Source: Verrucomicrobiia bacterium
GTDB taxonomy: Bacteria > Zixibacteria > MSB-5A5 > DSPP01
Assembly: GCA_035574275.1 (NCBI GenBank)
Contig: DATLYY010000007.1
Coordinates: 4,928-68,927 of the forward strand
Direction of reading: 5' to 3'
Length of the DNA: 64,000 nt
Of the stretch, positions 40,358 through 49,257 are shown piece by piece; the stretch's first letter is position 1; each line of letters begins with the position of its first letter. Made by a program: the position numbers and the translations under genes. The notes below the pieces were generated by a model. The model did no database searches, was not told where the DNA came from, and worked only from the letters and a program-made list of their open reading frames with translations.

Positions 40358-42052
40358 TTGACGGCCGAATTGGGGGCCTTACTGGTCAAAGCGGGCAAAA
40401 TCACGCAGCAGCAGCTCGCCAAGGCCTTGGAAATCCAGAAACAGACGAACGGCAAGCTGGGCCAGATTCTGGTCCAGATGGGGGCGGTTCCGGACGAAAA
40501 CGAAATTTCCGAATTCGTCGGGCGCCAGCTCAACATCGGGGCTTTGCGTTTGTCGGATTTGGAGCTGAACCCGGAGGTGGTCAAGCTCATCCCGCTGGAT
40601 ATCGCCCGCAAGTTCAACGTTATCGCCATCTCGAAATTGGGCAAAACGCTGGTCGTTGCGATTTCCGACCCGAACAACATCTACGTTTTGGACGCCATCA
40701 AGTTCATCACCGGCTGCACGGTACAGCCGGTCATCTCCCCCGAAAAGGCGATTCAGAAAGCGATCGAGACCCAGTACCAGGACTCCGGCGGGTTGAAGGA
40801 AATTCTGGACAAAATCGAGGGGGACAGCCTCGAAGTTATCGACAGCGGCGAGGAGACGATCACCGAGCAGGACCTGCAAAGCCAGGTGCAGGACAAACCG
40901 TTGGTCAAACTGGTGGACCATCTCATCGCCGATGCCATCCGCAAGGGGGCTTCCGACATTCATATCGAATCGTACGAAAAACGAATCCGGGTGCGCTACC
41001 GCATTGACGGCGCCCTGCAGGAGATGGCTCCCCTGCCTTTTCGTTACCGGGCGGCCATTGTCTCCCGCGTCAAAATCATGGCGGACCTGGACATCTCCGA
41101 GCGGCGGCTGCCGCAGGACGGACGCATCAAGGTGAAAATCGGCGACCGGACGGTCGATCTGCGCGTCTCCGTTCTGCCCACCATTTTTGGCGAAAAAGTG
41201 GTCATGCGTATTTTGGATTCCAAAAGCTTGATGGTCGATCTGACCCGGCTGGGGTTCGAGGAGCAGGCCTTAAAGCAGTTCGAAGCGGCCATCAATCAGC
41301 CCTACGGCATCATTCTGGTCACCGGGCCGACCGGCTCCGGTAAAACCACATCGCTTTACTCGGCCTTGAAAACCATCAACACCACGGACATCAACATTAT
41401 GACCGCCGAGGATCCGGTGGAGTTCAACTTCGACGGCATCAACCAGGTTTTGGTCAAGCCGGACATCGGGCTCACCTTTGCCGCCGCGCTACGCTCCTTT
41501 TTGCGCCAGGACCCGGACGTCATACTGGTTGGTGAGATTCGCGACGGCGAGACGGCGGAAATCGCCATCCGCGCGGCCTTGACGGGGCATTTGGTTTTCT
41601 CCACCCTGCATACCAACGACGCTCCTTCTTCCATAAGTCGACTTATCGATATGGGGATTCCGAACTATCTGGTGGCATCGGCCACCAAGATGATCGTCGC
41701 CCAGCGGATGGTGCGCAAAATCTGCCAGTTCTGCAAGGTAGAGGTGCCGGTCACCAAAGAGGTGCTGTTGAAACTGGGGGTAACGGAAAAAGAGGTGGGA
41801 TCGTTCAAGGTTTTTGAAGGGAAGGGCTGTCAGGAGTGCGGGCAGACCGGTTATTCCGGCCGAAGCGGCATTTTTGAGGCGATGCCGATCACTCCGGCCA
41901 TTGAAGAGATGATCTTAAAACAGGCCTCCACGGCGGCATTGCGCGAGCAGGCGATAAAAGAGGGGATGCTGACTTTGCGGATGGCCGGTCTGATGAAAAT
42001 CAAGCAGGGGCTCACTTCCGTGGAAGAGGTTTTGGCGGAAAGCTCGGTCTAA
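40358..42052 (+). CDS. pilB: type IV pilus assembly ATPase PilB (GspE family)
   Basis: 564 aa. N-terminal T2SSE_N domains, Walker A 'GPTGSGKTTSLY', Asp/His boxes and a tetracysteine motif (CQFC...CQEC). TTG start after AAAGGAGGG. Confidence 0.88.
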   Translation: MTAELGALLVKAGKITQQQLAKALEIQKQTNGKLGQILVQMGAVPDENEISEFVGRQLNIGALRLSDLELNPEVVKLIPLDIARKFNVIAISKLGKTLVVAISDPNNIYVLDAIKFITGCTVQPVISPEKAIQKAIETQYQDSGGLKEILDKIEGDSLEVIDSGEETITEQDLQSQVQDKPLVKLVDHLIADAIRKGASDIHIESYEKRIRVRYRIDGALQEMAPLPFRYRAAIVSRVKIMADLDISERRLPQDGRIKVKIGDRTVDLRVSVLPTIFGEKVVMRILDSKSLMVDLTRLGFEEQALKQFEAAINQPYGIILVTGPTGSGKTTSLYSALKTINTTDINIMTAEDPVEFNFDGINQVLVKPDIGLTFAAALRSFLRQDPDVILVGEIRDGETAEIAIRAALTGHLVFSTLHTNDAPSSISRLIDMGIPNYLVASATKMIVAQRMVRKICQFCKVEVPVTKEVLLKLGVTEKEVGSFKVFEGKGCQECGQTGYSGRSGIFEAMPITPAIEEMILKQASTAALREQAIKEGMLTLRMAGLMKIKQGLTSVEEVLAESSV

Positions 42053-42102
42053 GCGCTTCAGAAGCAACGCATTTTGCCGATACTCTTTAAGGAGGGAAAA
42101 TC

Positions 42103-43182
42103 GTGGTCACGTTAAAGGATTTACTGGATTTGATGGTAAAAAGAGGGGCCTCCGATCTGCATTTGACCGTCGGCACGCCGCCCCAGATACGGGTGGACGG
42201 CAAGCTCACCAAGTTGGAAGGATACGACATCCTCACACCCGAGGAGACCAAAAAGCTGGCCTACAGCATTATGAACGAAAAGCAGCGCCAGCGCTTCGAG
42301 GAAAAATCGGAACTGGATTTGTCGTTCGGCATCGAGCAACTTTCCCGCTTTCGGGCCAACGTCTTTGTGCAGCGGGGGAATGTGGCGATGGCTTTGCGCC
42401 AGATCCCGTTCAAAATCCGCAGCTTTGAGGAGTTGGGCGTCCCCAAGGTGGTATCGGAATTGGCCAATTTACCGCGCGGGCTGGTTTTGGTCTGCGGCCC
42501 GACCGGCAGCGGCAAATCCACCACGCTGGCGGCTTTAATCGATAAAATCAACCGGGAGCGGCGCGATCACATCATCACGGTGGAAGACCCGATCGAATAT
42601 TTGCACCGCCACCAGTCCTGCCTGGTCAACCAGCGGGAGGTCGGGGCGGATACCCAGACCTTTGCCTCTGCGTTGAAATACGCCCTGCGGGAGGATCCGG
42701 ATGTGGTGTTGATCGGCGAGATGCGGGATTTGGAAACCATCGAGGCGGCCTTGACCATTTCCGAGACCGGACATTTGGCTTTCGCTACCCTGCACACCAA
42801 TTCCTGTGCAGAAGCGATCACCCGTATCGTGGACGTTTTTCCGACCAATCAGCAGGAACAGGTGAGGGTGACTCTTTCCTTTGTTCTGCAGGCTGTGGTC
42901 TGCCAGCAGCTTTTGCCCAAAATCGGCGGCGGCCGGGTGATGTGCATGGAAATCATGGTTTGCACGCCGGCCATTCGGGCGCTCGTCCGGGACGATAAAA
43001 TTCATCAAATTTACAGCCTGCTTCAAGCCGGGCAGAAGTACGGGATGAAAACGATGAACCAGTCCCTGGCGGAGCTCTATCTGGCCCGCAAAATCACCCA
43101 AGGGGACGCTTTGGCCCGCTGCTCCAACCAGCAGGAGTTCGCCGATCTGGTCGGGCGTAAAATGGAACTGGCGGCGGTCTAA
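42103..43182 (+). CDS. pilT: twitching-motility retraction ATPase PilT
   Basis: 359 aa. 'GPTGSGKSTTLAA' Walker A and PilT family features. GTG start after GGAGGG. Confidence 0.88.
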   Translation: MVTLKDLLDLMVKRGASDLHLTVGTPPQIRVDGKLTKLEGYDILTPEETKKLAYSIMNEKQRQRFEEKSELDLSFGIEQLSRFRANVFVQRGNVAMALRQIPFKIRSFEELGVPKVVSELANLPRGLVLVCGPTGSGKSTTLAALIDKINRERRDHIITVEDPIEYLHRHQSCLVNQREVGADTQTFASALKYALREDPDVVLIGEMRDLETIEAALTISETGHLAFATLHTNSCAEAITRIVDVFPTNQQEQVRVTLSFVLQAVVCQQLLPKIGGGRVMCMEIMVCTPAIRALVRDDKIHQIYSLLQAGQKYGMKTMNQSLAELYLARKITQGDALARCSNQQEFADLVGRKMELAAV

Positions 43183-43197
43183 CACAGGGGAGAAGCG

Positions 43198-44397
43198 ATG
43201 CCGGTATTTGAGTACAAGGGAAAATCGATGGGGGGCGCCGCGGTAGCCGGCGAGTTGAAGGCCAAAAACCGCGCCGAACTGGAACGGATTCTCCGCTCCA
43301 ACCGGATTCTGGTCACTTCCGTGACCAAAAAAGCGTCTGAAATCAAGCTTCCCACGTCCAACCGTATCCGGAAAATCGACATTTCCCGTTTCACCCGGCA
43401 GTTCGCCACGATGATCGGGGCCGGGCTGCCGATGGTGCAGTGCTTGGATATCTTGGCCCAGCAGATGGAATCTCTGGCTTTTCGCAAAATTATCGCGGAA
43501 GTGCGGGATTCGGTCTCTTCCGGTTCCACCCTGGCGGAGGCCTTGGGAAAGCACAAAAAAGTTTTTGATGAACTGTACTGCAACATGGTTGAAGCGGGAG
43601 AGGTCGGTGGCGCATTGGATACCATTCTGGTCCGGTTGGCTACTTACCGGGAGAAAGCGGACGCTTTGAACCGCAAGGTAAAAGGGGCGATGGTCTATCC
43701 GGCGGTCATTATGATCGTGGCCGCGGGCGTTACCTTTGCCATGCTTACCTACATCGTGCCGATTTTTGCAAAGATGTTCGCCAATTTGGGGACGGAACTG
43801 CCGGCCCCCACGCGGATGGTTTTGAAAATCAGCAACTTTATCCGGGATTTTTTCTGGTACGGCGTGACCTTGCTCGTGGTCGGTGCCTTCGTCTTCAGCC
43901 GCTGGATCAAGACGGACAAGGGGCGGCTGGCTTTCGACAAGTTTAAACTGAAGATACCCTTGATCGGGTCCTTGATCCGCCGCACGGCCGTAGCCCGGTT
44001 CACCCGGACGCTGGGCACTTTGATCTCCTCCGGTGTTTCCATTCTGGACGCGTTGGATACGACCGCAAAGACGGCTGGCAACCGGGTCGTGCATGACGCC
44101 ATCAAAAAATCGGTTTTGTCGATTGCCGAAGGGGAAACCATCACGCAGCCCCTAAAGGAGTCGGGCGTTTTCCCGCCGATGGTAATCCAGATGATTTCCG
44201 TGGGGGAAAAAACCGGCGGATTGGATGAGATGCTGCAAAAAATTGCCGATTTCTATGACGAAGAGGTGGATGCCGCCGTTTCGGCCTTGACCTCCATCAT
44301 CGAGCCGGTCATCATCCTTTTTATGGGTGTGGTTATCGGCGGCATTCTGATTGCCATGTATCTGCCGATGTTCGACATCGTGGGCGCCATCAAGTAG
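43198..44397 (+). CDS. pilC: type IV pilus platform protein PilC (GspF family)
   Basis: 399 aa. Two T2SSF repeats and three TM segments. Confidence 0.85.
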   Translation: MPVFEYKGKSMGGAAVAGELKAKNRAELERILRSNRILVTSVTKKASEIKLPTSNRIRKIDISRFTRQFATMIGAGLPMVQCLDILAQQMESLAFRKIIAEVRDSVSSGSTLAEALGKHKKVFDELYCNMVEAGEVGGALDTILVRLATYREKADALNRKVKGAMVYPAVIMIVAAGVTFAMLTYIVPIFAKMFANLGTELPAPTRMVLKISNFIRDFFWYGVTLLVVGAFVFSRWIKTDKGRLAFDKFKLKIPLIGSLIRRTAVARFTRTLGTLISSGVSILDALDTTAKTAGNRVVHDAIKKSVLSIAEGETITQPLKESGVFPPMVIQMISVGEKTGGLDEMLQKIADFYDEEVDAAVSALTSIIEPVIILFMGVVIGGILIAMYLPMFDIVGAIK

Positions 44398-44511
44398 CGT
44401 TTGGCAACCCGAAAGCCCTTCTCCCGTTTGGCAACAACAGACCGGATAAGGGCTTTTTTGTTGGGTTTGCTTTGTCGGGCCGGGCGGAGCTCGGCCGGAG
44501 CGTGAAAGCAA

Positions 44512-46275
44512 GTGAGTTTCCTTAAATTCAAACTGGAAAAGATTGAAAAGGGTGACGAGGCCCGCCAGAGGCTGTTCTTCGTTCTCGGATTGCGCCTTTT
44601 GGTTTTTCTGGCGCTTCTGGCGGGATTGGTCGCCGGCACGCGCGTACCTCCGGAGCTTTTTTGGCCCCTCGTGGCGTACGGCGTTTTTTCGCTGGGCTTT
44701 CTTTTTCCGCTCGGCTGGAAGACGCCCTTGGCACTTTCGCGCAGCTGGATGTATTTCTACACCGCCCAGCTCATTCTCGAAGTGTGCTTGGAAGGGGCTG
44801 TTTTGCGCTACACGGGGGATTTTTCCAGCCCCTTTTCGGCTCTGTTTGTTCTTTCCATCATTTCCGCCGCGCTCATTTTCCGCTTTGCGGGAACCCTGCT
44901 TTTCTCCACGCTTTCGGCGTTGGTCTATACGATTGCGCTGGCGGTGTCGGTCGCCGGAGATTTCCACGGGCCGGAGGTCCTCCTTAATTTCTGGGTGGCG
45001 CTGTTTGCGTCCCGGAGTTTTTTCGCAACTTATGTTTTAAACCTTTCCGTTTTCTATCTAACCGCCCTGACCGCCGGGTTCATAGCCCGACGGCTTACCC
45101 AAAAAACAGAGGAACTGGCCCGCGCGGCCCGGGAACTCCGCCAGGCGCGGCTCGATTCCGAAGAGGTTTTGCAGACCATGAACTCCGGCGTTCTGTCCGT
45201 GGACCGGCTGGGAAAAATTCTTTTTGTCAACCGCACGGCGGAGGAGATTCTGGGACTTTCGGCCAAGGAACTGCTCGGCCGGGACAGCCGGGAGGCGTTG
45301 AAGGCGCCGGAGCTGGTGGAGCGGCTCTTTTCCGCCCTCTATTTTTTGAAGCCGGAGAACCGCTCCGAAATCAGCATCGTATCCAGCAAGGGGCGGTTGA
45401 TTCCCTTGGGAATCTCCACCGCTTTATTGGGGGAAAAAGAGACCGGCGTCCGCGGGGTGGTGGCGGTTTTTCAGGATTTGACCCAGGCCAAATTGATGGA
45501 GGAAAAAATAAAGGAGCAGGAGCGGTTGGCGGCCATCGGGGAGCTTTCCGCCGGCATTGCCCACGAAATCCGGAATCCTTTGGCCTCTCTTTCCGGATCG
45601 GTGGAGGTTTTGAAAAACGAACTGGTTTTAAGTGCCGAACAAAGGACTTTGTTCGAGTTGATACAAAAGGAGGCCACCCGGCTCAACTCCATCATCACCG
45701 ACTTTTTGTTTTTCGCCCGCACCTCGCCCCCCCGACTGGAACGGTTAGACGCGGCCAAGGTAGTCCGGGAAACCGTCGAGCTTTTGAAATCGAATCCGGC
45801 GTATCGTTTTTTTGACATTGAGTTGAAACTTTTGGCTCCCAACGTTTGGGTGCAGGGGGACGAGGGGCAGTTGAAGCAGATTCTCTTGAATCTGGCGGTC
45901 AACGGGTTGGAGGCGATGGAAAAAAATCTTTCCGAATCCCCTACCGGTATTTCCCGCGGCCGGAAGCTTTTGATCGCCTGCGGCTACAAGGCCCGCCGGC
46001 CGGAAAGCGATCCTTCCCCGTTTGTTTCCGTTGCCGACGAGGGGAGGGGAATGTCTCCCAATTTGCATGCCAAAATATTCCAGCCCTTTTTCTCCACCAA
46101 AAAAAGCGGCACCGGGCTTGGGCTGCCCATCGTCCAGCGGCTGGTTGCCAACCTTGGCGGTGCGCTCGATTTTACCTCCGAGCCGGGCAAGGGCACGACT
46201 TTTCTCCTTTTTCTGCAACGGCCTGAAGTCAAGAAAGAGCTGCCCTTGCCGCAATTGGTAAAGTCGTTCCAATAA
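44512..46275 (+). CDS. sensor histidine kinase, PilS-like (polytopic membrane domain + PAS + HisKA + HATPase_c)
   Basis: 587 aa. About 6 N-terminal TM helices, PAS-like region, H-box 'ELSAGIAHEIRNPL', and N/G1/G2 boxes. No response regulator gene is adjacent. Confidence 0.8.
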   Translation: MSFLKFKLEKIEKGDEARQRLFFVLGLRLLVFLALLAGLVAGTRVPPELFWPLVAYGVFSLGFLFPLGWKTPLALSRSWMYFYTAQLILEVCLEGAVLRYTGDFSSPFSALFVLSIISAALIFRFAGTLLFSTLSALVYTIALAVSVAGDFHGPEVLLNFWVALFASRSFFATYVLNLSVFYLTALTAGFIARRLTQKTEELARAARELRQARLDSEEVLQTMNSGVLSVDRLGKILFVNRTAEEILGLSAKELLGRDSREALKAPELVERLFSALYFLKPENRSEISIVSSKGRLIPLGISTALLGEKETGVRGVVAVFQDLTQAKLMEEKIKEQERLAAIGELSAGIAHEIRNPLASLSGSVEVLKNELVLSAEQRTLFELIQKEATRLNSIITDFLFFARTSPPRLERLDAAKVVRETVELLKSNPAYRFFDIELKLLAPNVWVQGDEGQLKQILLNLAVNGLEAMEKNLSESPTGISRGRKLLIACGYKARRPESDPSPFVSVADEGRGMSPNLHAKIFQPFFSTKKSGTGLGLPIVQRLVANLGGALDFTSEPGKGTTFLLFLQRPEVKKELPLPQLVKSFQ

Positions 46276-46327
46276 ATGGTGACATGGGGATAGGGATTCT
46301 CGAAAGAAGTTTAGAGATGACAAAAAA

Positions 46328-46358
46328 GCCCCCGACGTACGTCGGGGGCTTTTTCTTT
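46328..46358. terminator. bidirectional rho-independent terminator between the PilS-like gene (+) and the PilX-like gene (-)
   Basis: GCCCCCGACG-TA-CGTCGGGGGC perfect 10-bp stem, flanked by A-run (5') and T-run (3'). Confidence 0.7.
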
Positions 46359-46365
46359 GTGGACG

Positions 46366-48048
46366 TTATTCCGCGGCCCAGCGGGAAACGTTGAACGAGG
46401 CCAAGTCGGACAGATAGGAGGGCCGGGTTGGGAAGAACGGCGGGGCGAAGCCGGTGGCATAGCGGTTGTCGTACCAGTAACGGCGGGAATAGCCACCGGA
46501 AAGTGCGCCGCTGCCGTTCAAGGTGCCGACCGTCTGTGATTGGTACTCGATAATCCCGCCCAAAAGTTTCACCGTGCCGTGCGGGTTGGACAAATCCTGC
46601 GAACCGAACCCGCGGTTAGTACCGCTGGCCATGATAGTGGCATGGACGTTGATGTTGTCCGGCGCGCCGGTACCGAGCTTGACGTCGCCGCCGGAGGAGA
46701 ATAGCCCCAGGGTGACCGTGGCGTTCGGGTCGATGTCCGGAATCGCCTCGGCCAAAGTCGGGTCGGACAGAATGGCGCCTCCCGAGTCCTTGAAAATGGC
46801 CCCTTCGTAAATCAGGTCGTTTTTAATCAAGATGTCCCCGGTGGTGGCGAGAGTCAGTTGTGTTTGAGCCGCCACGGTGGCCGTAGTGCGGGAAGTACCT
46901 CCCAGCCAGTTGACCGCACCGGCCACAAACAAGGCGCCGTTCGGCACGCCGCTGTAGGTGGTGCCGTTCAAAATTGTCTGGCGGTTGGCGTAGTCCACCG
47001 TCAGGGTATAACTGCTTCCGCCTTGCGCAAAGCGATAAATCTGTTCCCCGTTGGAGCCCCGCGTCAATTTGAGCGAATCCAAAGTTCCCTGCACGTAAAT
47101 GCCGCCCGTGACGTTGGTGGTGCCGTTGTTGGCCACATATACCCCGGTAGGCACCGCGCCGCCCCCTCCGAGACCTAATCCAGACCGTATTTCGTTGTTG
47201 TTGGGAGCCGTGGTATTATTAAAATCACCGCCAAAGGCCGCCCGCTGCTGGCTGTAGTTGTTGGTCGGCAGGGCCACCGTGGGGACGCCCCACTGGCTGC
47301 CGCCGTTGAAAACCGGGTTGGCGTTGTTGATGCGGGAACTGGTGGCATAGGAGCCCCAGGAGGAAGTGAACGGCCCGTTGAAAATCGGCGAACCGGAAAA
47401 GCCGGGTTTGCCGTTGGTATGCACCGGCCCGTTGAACTTCTCCCCGCCGGCAAAGTAAAGCTGACTGCCGGAGGTTGAAGTGGTCAGGTTACGGAAAAGG
47501 GCATATTGGGCAAATGACGGCCGGTCCAGATTGATGGAAAACGAGCCGGCGATGGTGTTGTTTTTCTGGTTGAAGCCGAGCGCCGGGTCGGCGTATTTCC
47601 CCTGCGAGGTTATCGTGTACTTGTAGGTAAACGTATACCCCCGCGAGGTGACTGCCGTGTCAAACGGCACGATGGAATATTTCAACCGGTAGGATTCCCG
47701 CCCCCCCATATAGGCGGCGGCCTTGAAGGAGTCCTGCGGGAAGCGATTGTTAAAGTTGGTGATGTATTTGGTCAACAGCCGCATAGGGTCGTCCAGAAAG
47801 GCAATCGCCGTATCCCGGTCGATGACGTAGCCCCCGATGCCGTTTATGGCGGTTCTCAAGTCCCCCTGGGCCGCCGCCAGCCCGCCTTCTGCGGTGTAAA
47901 ATGCCTTGGCGTCGTTTTTCTGGTTGACCGCGATATTGGTCTCCGTGTCGGACGTCAAAACGGCCGCCAGCCCGATTAAGCTGACCATCAGGAGCAACCC
48001 GACGGCCACAATCAGGGCGATGCCTTTTTGGTTTTTAAGCGTTTTCAT
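46366..48048 (-). CDS. PilX-like minor pilin / pilus-tip-associated protein with a large Gly/Asn/Thr-rich domain
   Basis: N-terminus 'MKTLKNQKGIALIVAVGLLLMVSLIGLAAV' matches the PilX_N-type hydrophobic segment. About 560 aa. Start at 48048 preceded by GGAGG. Confidence 0.6.
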   Translation of the reverse strand: MKTLKNQKGIALIVAVGLLLMVSLIGLAAVLTSDTETNIAVNQKNDAKAFYTAEGGLAAAQGDLRTAINGIGGYVIDRDTAIAFLDDPMRLLTKYITNFNNRFPQDSFKAAAYMGGRESYRLKYSIVPFDTAVTSRGYTFTYKYTITSQGKYADPALGFNQKNNTIAGSFSINLDRPSFAQYALFRNLTTSTSGSQLYFAGGEKFNGPVHTNGKPGFSGSPIFNGPFTSSWGSYATSSRINNANPVFNGGSQWGVPTVALPTNNYSQQRAAFGGDFNNTTAPNNNEIRSGLGLGGGGAVPTGVYVANNGTTNVTGGIYVQGTLDSLKLTRGSNGEQIYRFAQGGSSYTLTVDYANRQTILNGTTYSGVPNGALFVAGAVNWLGGTSRTTATVAAQTQLTLATTGDILIKNDLIYEGAIFKDSGGAILSDPTLAEAIPDIDPNATVTLGLFSSGGDVKLGTGAPDNINVHATIMASGTNRGFGSQDLSNPHGTVKLLGGIIEYQSQTVGTLNGSGALSGGYSRRYWYDNRYATGFAPPFFPTRPSYLSDLASFNVSRWAAE

Positions 48049-48073
48049 TGTGATTGCCTCCATTCCTTTTCAA

Positions 48074-48958
48074 TTAGAGAAGGTTCAAATTGCGCAAATG
48101 TACTTCGGAAGTCAGCGTCCGCAGGCGGAAACCGCCGTCGGACGGCCAGTTTGGATCCCGTTTTTGGGTGCGGCTCTGCACCAGAATCTGCACATTCTGG
48201 ATATCGCGGGCGTCCCGGCCGGCGGCCACAAAATCGGTCACCGTGTCAGGTGTTGCGCCACCCAGGATGTAGACGAACTGCAAATCGACGATGTCTTCGG
48301 CATAGATCTGGGGGGCCTGGCCGTTACGCACCTTCATCAGTTTGGGATGGGCGGGGTCGGTGGTGTTATCGATGTAGTATTTGGCTTCTTCCATCACCAG
48401 AACAAAGTCTCCCGGTTTCGGTTCCCCCTGCAAAACTTCGGCATGGTGGATTTCCTGCCAGCCGTTGCCGGGATTGTAGGAAGTGTTGGTCAAGGTAAAC
48501 CATTCCCCGGAAGGTTCGCCGGGTGAAGGGTTGAGGTGGACCAGGTAAACCTGCTGCCCGATGAAGGGGGTAAAACAGTTCACCGTGTCCCGCGTGTGGA
48601 TGGGGCGGGACTGTTGAATTTGAGTATGGTCGCCGACCGTGATGATGCAGCCGGTTTTGTTGTACCGGACGAGAATGGTATCCGGGTTGGCATCCACCGC
48701 GACCACCGGAGCAAAACCGGCGGGGATTTCCGCCCCGGCCGCCATGATGTTCGTGGTTAGCTCATCCAGCGCAATGCGGCTATTTTGCTGGGCGTTGGCG
48801 ATTTCTTCCTGCACGGAATAAACCTGATGCTCCCGGCCGTAGAATTGAAAGGCGGCCAGGCTTATGATGGACAGCAAGATGGCGGAGACTAAAAGTTCCA
48901 CCAGGGTGAAACCGCATGATTTTCGGATTCTTGCGAGCACTTGAATTCTCTTTTTCAT
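48074..48958 (-). CDS. type IV pilin-like protein (PilW-like minor pilin)
   Basis: Class III signal peptide 'KSCGFTLVELLVSAILLSIISLAAF' (G/FTLxE prepilin peptidase motif). About 295 aa, typical PilW size. Start at 48958 preceded by AAGGAG. Confidence 0.7.
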   Translation of the reverse strand: MKKRIQVLARIRKSCGFTLVELLVSAILLSIISLAAFQFYGREHQVYSVQEEIANAQQNSRIALDELTTNIMAAGAEIPAGFAPVVAVDANPDTILVRYNKTGCIITVGDHTQIQQSRPIHTRDTVNCFTPFIGQQVYLVHLNPSPGEPSGEWFTLTNTSYNPGNGWQEIHHAEVLQGEPKPGDFVLVMEEAKYYIDNTTDPAHPKLMKVRNGQAPQIYAEDIVDLQFVYILGGATPDTVTDFVAAGRDARDIQNVQILVQSRTQKRDPNWPSDGGFRLRTLTSEVHLRNLNLL

Positions 48959-49155
48959 ATTCGCTCCTTCGTCTTTCACGGTTTCGCAAGGGGTGTGCCC
49001 GTTATTTTGGTAAAATTCCCCAAGGGGGACAAGGACTTACCTGGGCGCAAGTTTGGGGGGGTGTTTTTTAATATGGGAACTTTCCCATAGCCTTCCCGTT
49101 GTAGGCGCGCAAGTCAGCTCCAATCATAAATGCGGGGGAAGGGCAGCAGTCGCTG

Positions 49156-49171
49156 TTGTGAAAATCTTCAC
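49156..49171. promoter_or_regulatory. CRP/FNR-family consensus palindrome TGTGA-N6-TCACA upstream of hppA
   Basis: Perfect TGTGAaaatctTCACA about 87 nt upstream of the hppA start. A second palindrome TTGGCTTGCCAA lies at 49175-49186 and a TATATT -10-like hexamer at about 49204. Confidence 0.45.
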
Positions 49172-49257
49172 AATTTTGGCTTGCCAAAAGTTTTTGGGCG
49201 CATATATTGGACGGCCTTTGAAAATCGGAAACAAACGCTCGAAAAGGAGAGAGAGGA

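Noticed and set aside
42535-44094. 519-aa minus-strand ORF
   Set aside because: Antisense to pilT/pilC. No motifs. Spurious.
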